Assembly: GCA_913055735.1 (NCBI GenBank)
Contig: CAJXKD010000003.1
Span: forward strand, 6,561 to 70,560
Direction: 5' to 3'
Length of the DNA: 64,000 bases
Source of the DNA: an uncultured Rhodospirillales bacterium
GTDB lineage: Bacteria > Pseudomonadota > Alphaproteobacteria > Rhodospirillales > UBA2165
Below the pieces are notes generated by a model that made no database searches, had not been told where the DNA came from, and saw only the letters and a list, made by a program, of their open reading frames with translations. A program made the translations under genes and the position numbers. Of the stretch, positions 50,893 to 59,419 are shown in pieces. The stretch's first letter is position 1. Each line of letters starts with the position of its first letter.

Positions 50893-51675
50893 ATGATCAA
50901 TAAACGTGCATTTATTTCCACCGGGTTGAGGGCGGTATGCGTCTCCCTGGTATTGGCGTCTGCAACGATGGTGTCGCAGCCGGCTATGGCTCAGCAACAG
51001 CAGCAAGCGCAACGCTCACCCCAGGTTCAGGCATTGCTTCAGCAGATCGCGGATTCAGCGGCGGCCGGGCAAGATGTTAGCGCTCTCATGCAGCAGATCA
51101 TCGAAGCAGCCGCAGCGGCGGGTGACGACATCGGCGGAGTTGCTGAAGAGGCAGTCCAATCCGCGATTCAATCGGCAGCTGGGGCGGGCCAAGATGTGGC
51201 GGCGGTCGCCGAAGCCGCGGCGGACGGTGCGGTGCGTGGTGCAGCTGCTTCGGGGCAGAACGTCGGGGTTGTGGCTCAAAGTGTTTCCCGAGGTGCGGTT
51301 CGGGCGGCGGTTCAATCTGGTCAAAGCGCGACCGCGGTCTCGCAGAGTATTTCCCGCGGTGCGGTTCGCGGCGCGGCCCAATCTGGCCAGGACGCGGGAG
51401 CAGTAGCGGAGAATGTCTCAAATGGTGCTGTACAGGCGGCAATTGAGACAAATCAGGACGTGGTGCAGATCACCAACAGCGTTACGCAGGGCGTTACAGA
51501 AGCAGGGAATGAGGCTGGGTTGAACGTTGCGGATCTTGGTGGCCGTGTAGACGCTGGTGGCAATCGTGCATTGACCGGCGATTTCGGGACGGCCGGCGAT
51601 GGCGATGGCGATGGCGACGGCGATGGCGACGGACTCGAAGGGGGCTTTGAAGATGATCCCGGAAGCGAAGCCTAG
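50893..51675 (+). CDS. secreted repeat protein (22-aa repeats, (GD)n tail)
   Basis: ATG 50893 gives a signal peptide (…VSLVLASATMVSQPAMA|QQQQQ). At least 5 tandem 22-aa units (GQ.V.AVA..VS.GAVR.A.QS). The C-terminus is GDGDGDGDGDGDG. Confidence 0.75.
   Translation: MINKRAFISTGLRAVCVSLVLASATMVSQPAMAQQQQQAQRSPQVQALLQQIADSAAAGQDVSALMQQIIEAAAAAGDDIGGVAEEAVQSAIQSAAGAGQDVAAVAEAAADGAVRGAAASGQNVGVVAQSVSRGAVRAAVQSGQSATAVSQSISRGAVRGAAQSGQDAGAVAENVSNGAVQAAIETNQDVVQITNSVTQGVTEAGNEAGLNVADLGGRVDAGGNRALTGDFGTAGDGDGDGDGDGDGLEGGFEDDPGSEA
51187..51516 (+). repeat. five tandem 66-nt (22-codon) diverged coding repeats
   Basis: Units: GQDVAAVAEAAADGAVRGAAAS / GQNVGVVAQSVSRGAVRAAVQS / GQSATAVSQSISRGAVRGAAQS / GQDAGAVAENVSNGAVQAAIET / NQDVVQITNSVTQGVTEAGNEA. 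Confidence 0.8.
51595..51630 (+). repeat. hexanucleotide microsatellite (GGCGAY)x6 encoding (GD)6
   Basis: ggcgat ggcgat ggcgat ggcgac ggcgat ggcgac, read directly. Confidence 0.95.
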
Positions 51676-51725
51676 GTCGGATCACCGGAAGTTTTAGATT
51701 AGTGCCCATGCTCGGAAAGAAGTAG

Positions 51726-53036
51726 ATGACAGCAGACATGGATATGGCAGGGAAGCTGGAGGAAATGGTAGGTAGGTCGATCGGTTATATGGCCGCCGTC
51801 TTTGCGGGAGTGTCAATGATATCTGTTGGTTCCGCGTCAGCGCAGACGCCGACGCGGTCCGGTGATGTCGAACAGCGGCAGCAACAGCGGGCGGGATCCG
51901 AAGACTACCGCCCGATCGGCGCACGCATCGGGTCTTTTCAGGTTTTCCCCCGGGTGGCGCTTTCCGAAGAACACAACGATAATGTCTATGCTGCGGCAAC
52001 AGACGAAAAATCCGATTTCGTCACGACGTTCAGTCCGTCGATTGGGGTTCAGTCGGATTTCGCGCGACATTCCCTAAATCTCAATGCCGGCGCCGAAATT
52101 GTCAGATATGCCGACTATGGCAATGATGATCACGAGAACTACAATATTTCAGTTGGCAGCGGCCTTGAGGCGACCCGCGCCCTCAATTTCGACCTGAGCG
52201 CGGCGTACCGTTTGGATCACGAGGACCGGTCGTCGCCCGATGACGCGGGGGGGATCGAACCCACGGAATACGATCGTACCGACTTGGCGGCCGGTGCCAG
52301 GTATCGGCCCGGCGTTGTTCTGTTGGGCCTACGCGGCGAGCGGCGGTCTTTTAACTATGACGATGTTTCGACGAGCGGCGGAACGACAAATAACGACGAC
52401 CGCGACCGGGACGAGTACCGTATCATCGGAGAAGTTGGGTATGAATATCTTCCCGATACGGATGCTTTCGTGCGGGTGACCTATGAGACCGTCAGCTATG
52501 AGGTGGAAGCCGCCGGAGACGATGGTGGCTTAGATCGTGATTCGAACGGCTACGAGGTCGTTGCCGGTACGGATCTTGATTTTACCGGGGTGACGACGGG
52601 CGAGATTTTTGCCGGTTACTTCTCCCGCTCTTACGACGATGCGACACTGAGCGACTCAAACGGCGTCGCGTTTGGTGGGAACGTGCGTTGGAACGTGACC
52701 CAATTGACGACGATACGGGGGGGGGTGTCGCGAGCGGTGCGGGAAACGACGACCGCCAATTCGTCGGGCTATGTCTCGACGGCCTTCAATGTCCGAGTGG
52801 ACCATGAATTTTTGCGCAATCTGAATGGCCGAGCTCAGATATCTTATTCGAAGGACGACTATGACGGCATTACCCGCGAAGATGACACCGTGGCCGCTTC
52901 TGTCGGTGCGCGGTATTTGATCAATCGCAATTTTAATGCCGATTTGGGTTATGAGCACCGGGAGCGGAGCTCCGATAGTGCCGGAAGTGACTATACCATC
53001 AACAGAATTCGCTTGGTGCTTACCGCCCAGTTCTAG
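51726..53036 (+). CDS. outer-membrane beta-barrel protein (exopolysaccharide-locus associated)
   Basis: Signal peptide (...MAAVFAGVSMISVGSASA|Q). The start is ambiguous among ATGs at 51726, 51765 and 51789. Alternating-hydrophobic strand pattern with Tyr/Gly/Asp-rich turns. Terminal aromatic residue ...LVLTAQF*, typical of OM barrels. Confidence 0.7.
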   Translation: MTADMDMAGKLEEMVGRSIGYMAAVFAGVSMISVGSASAQTPTRSGDVEQRQQQRAGSEDYRPIGARIGSFQVFPRVALSEEHNDNVYAAATDEKSDFVTTFSPSIGVQSDFARHSLNLNAGAEIVRYADYGNDDHENYNISVGSGLEATRALNFDLSAAYRLDHEDRSSPDDAGGIEPTEYDRTDLAAGARYRPGVVLLGLRGERRSFNYDDVSTSGGTTNNDDRDRDEYRIIGEVGYEYLPDTDAFVRVTYETVSYEVEAAGDDGGLDRDSNGYEVVAGTDLDFTGVTTGEIFAGYFSRSYDDATLSDSNGVAFGGNVRWNVTQLTTIRGGVSRAVRETTTANSSGYVSTAFNVRVDHEFLRNLNGRAQISYSKDDYDGITREDDTVAASVGARYLINRNFNADLGYEHRERSSDSAGSDYTINRIRLVLTAQF

Positions 53037-53165
53037 TTCAAGCAGAAAATTTGTTCGTCCTTCCGGTGACGGAAGGGGCGGCTTGATTGAGTGGCGGAAA
53101 GATTGAAGAGCGCAGGCGTGTGCGATAACGCACATTAGTAAACGGACACCGTTGGGAAGGATGAA

Positions 53166-53696
53166 ATGCGTTTCATCGCCGCTGCCCTTTTGACCATGAT
53201 GCTCATCTCGTCGACTGCATTCGCGCAGACGAACGATGTTCAATATACGCTGGGCTCAGGTGATCGGCTGCGTGTTACCGTATTCGGTGAGCCTGATCTG
53301 TCCGGCGAATTCGAGGTTGACGGAAGCGGACAGATCTCATTTCCGCTTATCGGCAATGTTCTGGTGAAGGACCAGACTCTTCGGGGAGCGGAAGACGCTA
53401 TTAAGGCGAAATTGCTCGATGGCTATCTCAAGCAACCTCGGGTCAGTGTCGAGGTTCAGAACTACCGCCCCTTTTACATCATCGGGGAAGTGCAGGAACC
53501 GGGCAGCTATCCTTACGTCAACGGCATGACTATCTTGAATGCGGTTGCCCTGGGCGGGGGATATACGTACCGGGCCAATGAAAAAGTCATGCTGGTGAAA
53601 CGAGCCAATGATCGGGAGGGCAAGGAAATAGAATTGCCTCCGGAATCCAAGGTGCTACCTGGGGACATTATTCGGGTAAAGGAGCGATTCTTCTAG
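53166..53696 (+). CDS. polysaccharide export protein (Wza/ExoF-type periplasmic domain, short form)
   Basis: Signal peptide. Poly_export signature Y.LG.GD.L.V.VFGEP.LSGEF.V...G.I.FPLIG.V.V...T......I...L....LK.P.V.V.V...RPFYI.GEV..PG.YP. Confidence 0.85.
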   Translation: MRFIAAALLTMMLISSTAFAQTNDVQYTLGSGDRLRVTVFGEPDLSGEFEVDGSGQISFPLIGNVLVKDQTLRGAEDAIKAKLLDGYLKQPRVSVEVQNYRPFYIIGEVQEPGSYPYVNGMTILNAVALGGGYTYRANEKVMLVKRANDREGKEIELPPESKVLPGDIIRVKERFF

Positions 53697-54571
53697 CCGT
53701 TGCCGTCCGCGGCATTCGTTTGGAGAAGCCGCTTCATATCCTCCTCCAAAACCAAGCAGGTAAGAACGCCCGAGAAATAGGCCCCCGTGTCGATACCGAT
53801 GCGGTTTTGGCGAAATTCCGATTTCTCGGTGATGGTATGCCCGTGAACGATAACTTTATCGTATAACCCCGTATACCCGATGAAAGGATCCCTAATCCAT
53901 CGCAGGTCGTGGGGGCGCTGTCGATCGAGGGGGCGACGCGGGTTGATGCCTGCATGAACGAACATATAGTCTCCGAGCACAAAAAAATCATAGAGCTCGG
54001 ATAGAAATCCGAGATGTTCCGCCGGTAATGCCTCACGCAGGGCGTTCGCGGCCGCTTGCAAACGATCGGGTGACGGCACGCCTGCATGGACGGTAACCCC
54101 ATAGCTCATGAGGGTTTCCATACCTCCATATTGAAGCCACCCCGCGCCATCGATCGGATCGTCCAAGAAGCTCAACATGGCTTCTTCGTGATTGCCTCTT
54201 AGAGCGAATTGACGGAAGCCGGCAAGGGGCCCTTTTCTCACCGTTTCGACGACATCACGGCTCTGCGGACCCCGGTCAATAAAGTCGCCCAGATAGATCA
54301 GAACCTTCTCCTTCGCCGTCTCTGCGGCGTCCGCGGCAATCATCTCGAGAAGCTTGAGCAGGAGATCCGCTCGGCCATGTATATCCCCCACAACATACAC
54401 GCGATGATTGTGGGGGGTGCGGGCCTGCTCGAGACGCATACCTGGGTCCGTGGGGCGTGCATTGCTCGAAGGCCGGTATCTGTCGGAATCTCCGTCAAAT
54501 ATTGATTTAAGTCTTTGAAAAATCATTATAAATTGTTTCCGACAAGGCGACCTTGCCTGGAAATCCATCAC
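53693..54571 (-). CDS. PPP-family (lambda-phosphatase/ApaH-like) serine/threonine protein phosphatase
   Basis: Metallophosphoesterase motifs in order: VVGDIHGR, LGDFIDRGP, LRGNHE, VHGH. Its 3' end overlaps the Wza-like gene stop by 4 nt (convergent). Confidence 0.85.
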   Translation of the reverse strand: MMDFQARSPCRKQFIMIFQRLKSIFDGDSDRYRPSSNARPTDPGMRLEQARTPHNHRVYVVGDIHGRADLLLKLLEMIAADAAETAKEKVLIYLGDFIDRGPQSRDVVETVRKGPLAGFRQFALRGNHEEAMLSFLDDPIDGAGWLQYGGMETLMSYGVTVHAGVPSPDRLQAAANALREALPAEHLGFLSELYDFFVLGDYMFVHAGINPRRPLDRQRPHDLRWIRDPFIGYTGLYDKVIVHGHTITEKSEFRQNRIGIDTGAYFSGVLTCLVLEEDMKRLLQTNAADGNG

Positions 54572-54820
54572 GCCACAATAGGCGGGATAAGGTGTAGCCG
54601 CAAGCCGCTATTGCGTTGATCTGCAATGTAAAAGAGGCTAGATTTCCGGCCTGCTCAAAGGAATTGGCGGAACCTCCCGAAGGTCGAGATAAGGGGCCGG
54701 GAAATTGGGTGTCGGCGCTGCGTCACGGGACGCGTTCCAACGAACGGTTTGGCGTCGGTTCGAATTTCAAAAATATTCGCTCACGAGGGCTGACCCTATT
54801 AACGAGTTGGCGAAAGAATA

Positions 54821-57103
54821 ATGCAAACAAGCAGTGATACCAGGGGCTCAGAATACGAACGCGACAGCAGCTATCGGCGGTCCTTTGACCGCATGCGTGA
54901 TATGGTGCCGTTCGGCCCGGAGGAGATCGATCTGCGTCAGCTTCTGCTGACGCTGTGGCGCCGTAAGATGGTTGTATTTTCGACCATTGCAGTTGTTACG
55001 GTGTTGACGGCACTTGTTCTGTTTCAGGTCGAGCCTCGGTATACAGCGACGGCGCAGGTGATGATCGATACGCGCCAATCGAAAGTTGTCGACATCGAAA
55101 GCGTCGTGTCGGGTATCTCGGCGGAAATGGCCACGTTGCTGAGCGAGGTTGAAGTTATTAGATCTCCGTCGCTGATCGCCCGGGTAGTTGAAAAGCTCAA
55201 TCTAACACAGGATCCTGAATTCAACGGGGCACTGCGCGAACCGTCTTGGACCGCAAAGATTCTAAATCTGGAGACCTATGTCTCGCGGGACCTTCTGGTG
55301 TCATTGGGGCTGCGGTCGCCCTCGGCGACGATGATAGCGGCGGATCGGGACGACCGTATAGAAAGCAGTGTCATTGGAGCAATCCAAGGCAGTATGTCGG
55401 TAAGGCCGGTGAACCGATCGCTTGTCATCTCCATCGCGTTTACCTCGACCGATGCGCGCAAAGCAGCCTTAATCGCCAACACCATTACCGATAACTATAT
55501 CGTCGATCAACTGGAAGCTAAATTCGAGGCCACCCGCCGGGCGACCACTTGGCTCAATGACCGGTTGGTCAGTCTCAAGGAAAAGCTGCGGGTCTCTGAA
55601 GCAGCAGTGGAGCGCTATCGCGTGGACGTCGCGGATAAGATCGGTCAGCAGAGTAGATTAACCGAACAGCAGTTGTCCGAGTTGAATTCCCAGCTTATTT
55701 TGGCGCGTGCCAAAGGCGCGGAAGCAAAAGCAAGGCTTAATCAAGTTGAAGACCTGTTGGCATCGGAAGGTAATCTCAATTCGGCCGCGGAGGTTCTTAA
55801 TTCTCCTCTGATTCAACGGCTACGTGATCAAGAATCGCAGGTGTTGCGGGAGATGTCCGACCTGAGTTCTCGCTATGGGCCGCGTCATCCCAAGATGATC
55901 AAAACCAATGCGGAACTTAAGGAGTTGAGAGCCAATATCGGACGCGAAGTTCGCAAGATTGCTTTCAGCCTCCAGAACGAGATGAAAGTTGCCAATGTTC
56001 GTGAGCAGACCCTCGAAAAGAGCTTGGCAGTGCTTGAGGGAAAAAGCGCCGAACAGAGCCGCGCCGAGGTCCGCTTGCGTGAATTGGAGCGGGAGGCTGA
56101 GGCCAATCGGCTACTTTATGAGAATTTCCTGTCACGCTTCAAGGAAACGAGTGAGCAAGAGGATCTGCAGCAGGCGGATGCCCGGGTCATCGCCAGGGCC
56201 AGCACGCCTTCCGGGCCGTCGTTCCCTAAAAAGAAACTGGTATTCATTCTCGCCATTTTCAGTTCCGCGCTACTCGGCGTGGCGCTGGTCTTCGTCCTGG
56301 AGCGCCTCGATAACAGTTTCCGGAGCGCCGAGCAGCTTGAGCAGCAAACGGGGCTCGCTTCCATTGGCATGGTGCCGCTGGTCGCGGGCATTGCCAACGC
56401 AAAGAAGATCGCACGGCATATTCTGGATAAACCGACATCGTCCGTCAGTGAATCGGTGCGTAACCTCCGGACGTCGCTCGTCTTATCGAAGGTGGATGAG
56501 CCGCCCAAGGTGATCGGCGTGACGTCGACGGTTCCATCGGAAGGCAAGTCGACATTAGCGCTTTGGCTCGCGGAATCCTATGCTAACTCCGGACAAAAGG
56601 TTCTGCTGATCGATGCTGATCTTCGCCGTCCAAAAATCTCGACCCTGCTCAATCTCGAAACGCCCAGCGGGATTATAGAGCTTCTGACCAATCAATGTTC
56701 CACTGAAGAGGCGGTCAAGCGCGTCGGCTCCACCGGATTGCACATCTTGAGTGCCAAACCGACCAAAGCGGATGCCCTCGACCTGCTTTCCTCGCAGCGC
56801 ATGGCCAATTACGTCAAAACCTTCCGCGAGCATTTCGATATGGTGATTATCGACTCACCGCCGATCCTTGCGGTTGCGGATGCCAAGGTAACGGGAAATC
56901 TGGTTGATAAGATTCTGTATATCGTCAAATGGGATAGCACGCCGCGCCAGTTGGTCCTGAGGGGGATCAAAACGGCCCACGAGGCAGGGCTGGATATCGC
57001 TGGGACGGTACTGACCCAAGTCAACTTGAGGAAGCATTCCCGTTACGGATACGGCGATCACGGCTACTATTACGGCAAATACAAGAACTACTATACGAGC
57101 TAG
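54821..57103 (+). CDS. polysaccharide co-polymerase / BY-kinase (Wzc/ExoP/GumC-like)
   Basis: N-terminal Wzz-like TM (LLLTLWRRKMVVFSTIAVV), a long coiled-coil periplasmic region, and a second TM. Walker A VTSTVPSEGKST. Walker A'/B LLIDADLRRP and VIIDSPP. C-terminal Tyr cluster YGYGDHGYYYGKYKNYY. Confidence 0.92.
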   Translation: MQTSSDTRGSEYERDSSYRRSFDRMRDMVPFGPEEIDLRQLLLTLWRRKMVVFSTIAVVTVLTALVLFQVEPRYTATAQVMIDTRQSKVVDIESVVSGISAEMATLLSEVEVIRSPSLIARVVEKLNLTQDPEFNGALREPSWTAKILNLETYVSRDLLVSLGLRSPSATMIAADRDDRIESSVIGAIQGSMSVRPVNRSLVISIAFTSTDARKAALIANTITDNYIVDQLEAKFEATRRATTWLNDRLVSLKEKLRVSEAAVERYRVDVADKIGQQSRLTEQQLSELNSQLILARAKGAEAKARLNQVEDLLASEGNLNSAAEVLNSPLIQRLRDQESQVLREMSDLSSRYGPRHPKMIKTNAELKELRANIGREVRKIAFSLQNEMKVANVREQTLEKSLAVLEGKSAEQSRAEVRLRELEREAEANRLLYENFLSRFKETSEQEDLQQADARVIARASTPSGPSFPKKKLVFILAIFSSALLGVALVFVLERLDNSFRSAEQLEQQTGLASIGMVPLVAGIANAKKIARHILDKPTSSVSESVRNLRTSLVLSKVDEPPKVIGVTSTVPSEGKSTLALWLAESYANSGQKVLLIDADLRRPKISTLLNLETPSGIIELLTNQCSTEEAVKRVGSTGLHILSAKPTKADALDLLSSQRMANYVKTFREHFDMVIIDSPPILAVADAKVTGNLVDKILYIVKWDSTPRQLVLRGIKTAHEAGLDIAGTVLTQVNLRKHSRYGYGDHGYYYGKYKNYYTS

Positions 57104-57106
57104 CCG

Positions 57107-57805
57107 ATGGCAGATGTGCGTAGGATTGTTGGCGGTGTCATCACGACAGGCGTTGCTGCGGCGATCCTGGTGCTTGCCATTCCCAATGCAGTGGTCAGCT
57201 TTCGTTTGTTGGGTGCCGATTGGGCATGGGATGGATTGATCAGCGGCGCGCGGGTGCCTGTCTTTGGCTTGACCGAGTTGCGGGGGGCGCTGAGGGACAC
57301 TCAGAAATGGCTGCCCTCGGGTGAAAATCTATATCGACAGGGCTTCACCGAACGCGGTCTGGCGAGGACTGAATTGCCCGGGACGCCAGACCGGGTGGCT
57401 TGGAACCAGGCAGCCGAGGGGGCGTTTGAAGCGGGGCTTTCGCGGGCGCCGTCCAATCCGCATGGTTGGGTGATGTTGGCGCATATGCGCAACGTCAATG
57501 GCGTACCGGAAGGTGGCGTGGCGGACGCGCTGCGAATGTCGCTTTTGACAGGGCCCTATCAGCGCGTATTGGCGCCGCTTCGCATCAGTACCGCGTTGGA
57601 CGTATGGGGAACGCTGGGGCCCGCTGATCGTGTCCAATTCGCAGAGCAAATCCGGTGGACCAACACGTTTAACCAGATACGGCTAATGGAAATCACGTTG
57701 CGGGACGACCGGTTTCGACCAATCGTCGTGGGCGCTCTCTCCGCCGATCCGAAAGCAATGGGAATTTTCGTTGAAGGTTTAAGAAGGTTATACTTATCGA
57801 AATAA
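57107..57805 (+). CDS. hypothetical membrane-anchored protein
   Basis: Starts 3 nt after the wzc-like stop. N-terminal TM (GGVITTGVAAAILVLAIP). No recognisable motif. Confidence 0.55.
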   Translation: MADVRRIVGGVITTGVAAAILVLAIPNAVVSFRLLGADWAWDGLISGARVPVFGLTELRGALRDTQKWLPSGENLYRQGFTERGLARTELPGTPDRVAWNQAAEGAFEAGLSRAPSNPHGWVMLAHMRNVNGVPEGGVADALRMSLLTGPYQRVLAPLRISTALDVWGTLGPADRVQFAEQIRWTNTFNQIRLMEITLRDDRFRPIVVGALSADPKAMGIFVEGLRRLYLSK

Positions 57806-57898
57806 ATAATATTAAGAGTTTTTTTTATTTATTTTTTTGGTGGTATTTTCTGGTAAGTACTTAAATAGAGAATAATTATCAAAATAATTCCAGGCGTT

Positions 57899-59329
57899 GT
57901 GCCGGGGGTGGATATGGATATCAGCTATGCATCTGACAAAAGTGATGCGCCAAGAATAATATATGCCGGAACACTCAAAAATCGGTCGTTAATGCGCTTC
58001 CTCGTTTTAGCTGGCGTTTTTTGCGGAGATTTGACCGTCATCGTCCTTGCGGCGTTGCTTGCATCAAAACTGCGTTTCGGTGCGTTTACTGCATCACCGA
58101 ATACCTTTGAACTGCTCGCCGCCGTTCCCTTACCGTACTTGATCGTCGGCATGGCGATACGGTCGTTCCAATTGACGTGTCTGCGAAGCAGAATATCGAG
58201 CATCCGCAATTCTATCGCCACCTTGCTTGTCACGTTCCTCGTTTTGATGATGGTAGCGTTCGCGCTCCAAGTGGGCGGCCAATACTCTCGCTTGGAAACG
58301 GGTTATATGCTTGTTCTCGCCTTGGTCGGGCTTACCGCATGGCGATATGTCTTATCGACGACCTTGCAGGGAAAGTTAGGGCAGTTCATTTCGCCGACGG
58401 TGGCTGTCCTCGGCGAAAAGACCGCCCTTGCCGATCCGTCTCTTAGGCGAAACGTCGTCCGGTTGATTGATGTTGATCAATATGGATGGCATGAAAAGCT
58501 CCACGAACCCCGGACACTTGACCATCTTGCCGAAACGGTTGGGGATGCTGAGCGCGTTCTGCTCGCCTTTGATGATCCTGATCGCAGGTGGGAATGGACG
58601 CAGATCGCTCGCATGATGGGACTGAATGCGGAAGTTTGGCCGCCTAAGTCATCCGACGTGGATGCCATCGCGATAAACAATTGGAACGGCCGGTCCACTT
58701 TGGTCATTTCTCATGGTCCGTTGACACCCTATGAGCAATTCTTGAAACGTACGATTGATTTGATCATTACCATTCCGCTGGTCGTTGTACTTTTGCCCCT
58801 CCTGGTCATTACTGCGCTTGTCATCAAGCTTGAATCGCCTGGTCCGGTGTTTTTCGTCCAACAACGGGTCGGGGAGCGGAACCGGCTGTTCAAGATGTTC
58901 AAGTTTCGGACGATGCGCCATGAACAGACCGATGCCGAGGGAAAAAGTTCCGTGGCGCCGGGGGACGAGCGGATCACTCGATTTGGTTCATTCCTGCGTA
59001 AATACAGCATTGATGAATTGCCGCAACTCTTCAACGTTCTACTGGGAACTATGAGTCTGGTCGGTCCTCGGCCACATGCATTGGGGTCGAGAGCGGGTGG
59101 TGAATTGTTCTGGAACGCGGTCGATGAATACTGGTTTCGGCACAAAATGAAGCCGGGCCTCACCGGCCTCGCGCAGATCAGGGGCTATCGCGGCGGTTCT
59201 ATCGATATAGACGATCTCAGGCGGCGGGTTCTCTCGGACATCGAATACATGAACAAATGGTCGATAACCTTGGATATGAAGATCATCGCAAACACCTTAC
59301 ATGTCGTCTTTACCAAGACAGGCTATTGA
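57899..59329 (+). CDS. polyprenyl-phosphate hexose-1-phosphate transferase (WbaP/ExoY-type priming sugar transferase)
   Basis: N-terminal TM bundle. C-terminal catalytic domain KRTIDL...LESPGPVFF.Q.RVG....F.MFKFRTM and DELPQLFNVL.G.MSLVGPRP. The start is ambiguous (GTG 57899 / ATG 57914). Confidence 0.9.
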   Translation: MPGVDMDISYASDKSDAPRIIYAGTLKNRSLMRFLVLAGVFCGDLTVIVLAALLASKLRFGAFTASPNTFELLAAVPLPYLIVGMAIRSFQLTCLRSRISSIRNSIATLLVTFLVLMMVAFALQVGGQYSRLETGYMLVLALVGLTAWRYVLSTTLQGKLGQFISPTVAVLGEKTALADPSLRRNVVRLIDVDQYGWHEKLHEPRTLDHLAETVGDAERVLLAFDDPDRRWEWTQIARMMGLNAEVWPPKSSDVDAIAINNWNGRSTLVISHGPLTPYEQFLKRTIDLIITIPLVVVLLPLLVITALVIKLESPGPVFFVQQRVGERNRLFKMFKFRTMRHEQTDAEGKSSVAPGDERITRFGSFLRKYSIDELPQLFNVLLGTMSLVGPRPHALGSRAGGELFWNAVDEYWFRHKMKPGLTGLAQIRGYRGGSIDIDDLRRRVLSDIEYMNKWSITLDMKIIANTLHVVFTKTGY

Positions 59330-59419
59330 CCGCCGGAGCCGGGATGTCGCAGAAATGGTTGTGATTCAGAATGTTGCCTCGTGTCGCGGTAAGGCTGGAC
59401 GGTAAATAGGCAGCTACGC

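Noticed and set aside
51187-51630. Regularly spaced repeats that might suggest a CRISPR array (also the G-X-T triplet runs at 3151, 4195 and 13867).
   Set aside because: All lie in frame within long ORFs. Unit lengths are 66 nt contiguous, or 6-9 nt, with no spacers. No cas genes are present in the window.
53059-53076. Hairpin ccttccg-gtga-cggaagg after the OM-barrel gene, as a terminator.
   Set aside because: It has only a 7-bp stem and no following U-tract, and the next co-directional gene starts about 90 nt later. The evidence is too weak to list as a feature.
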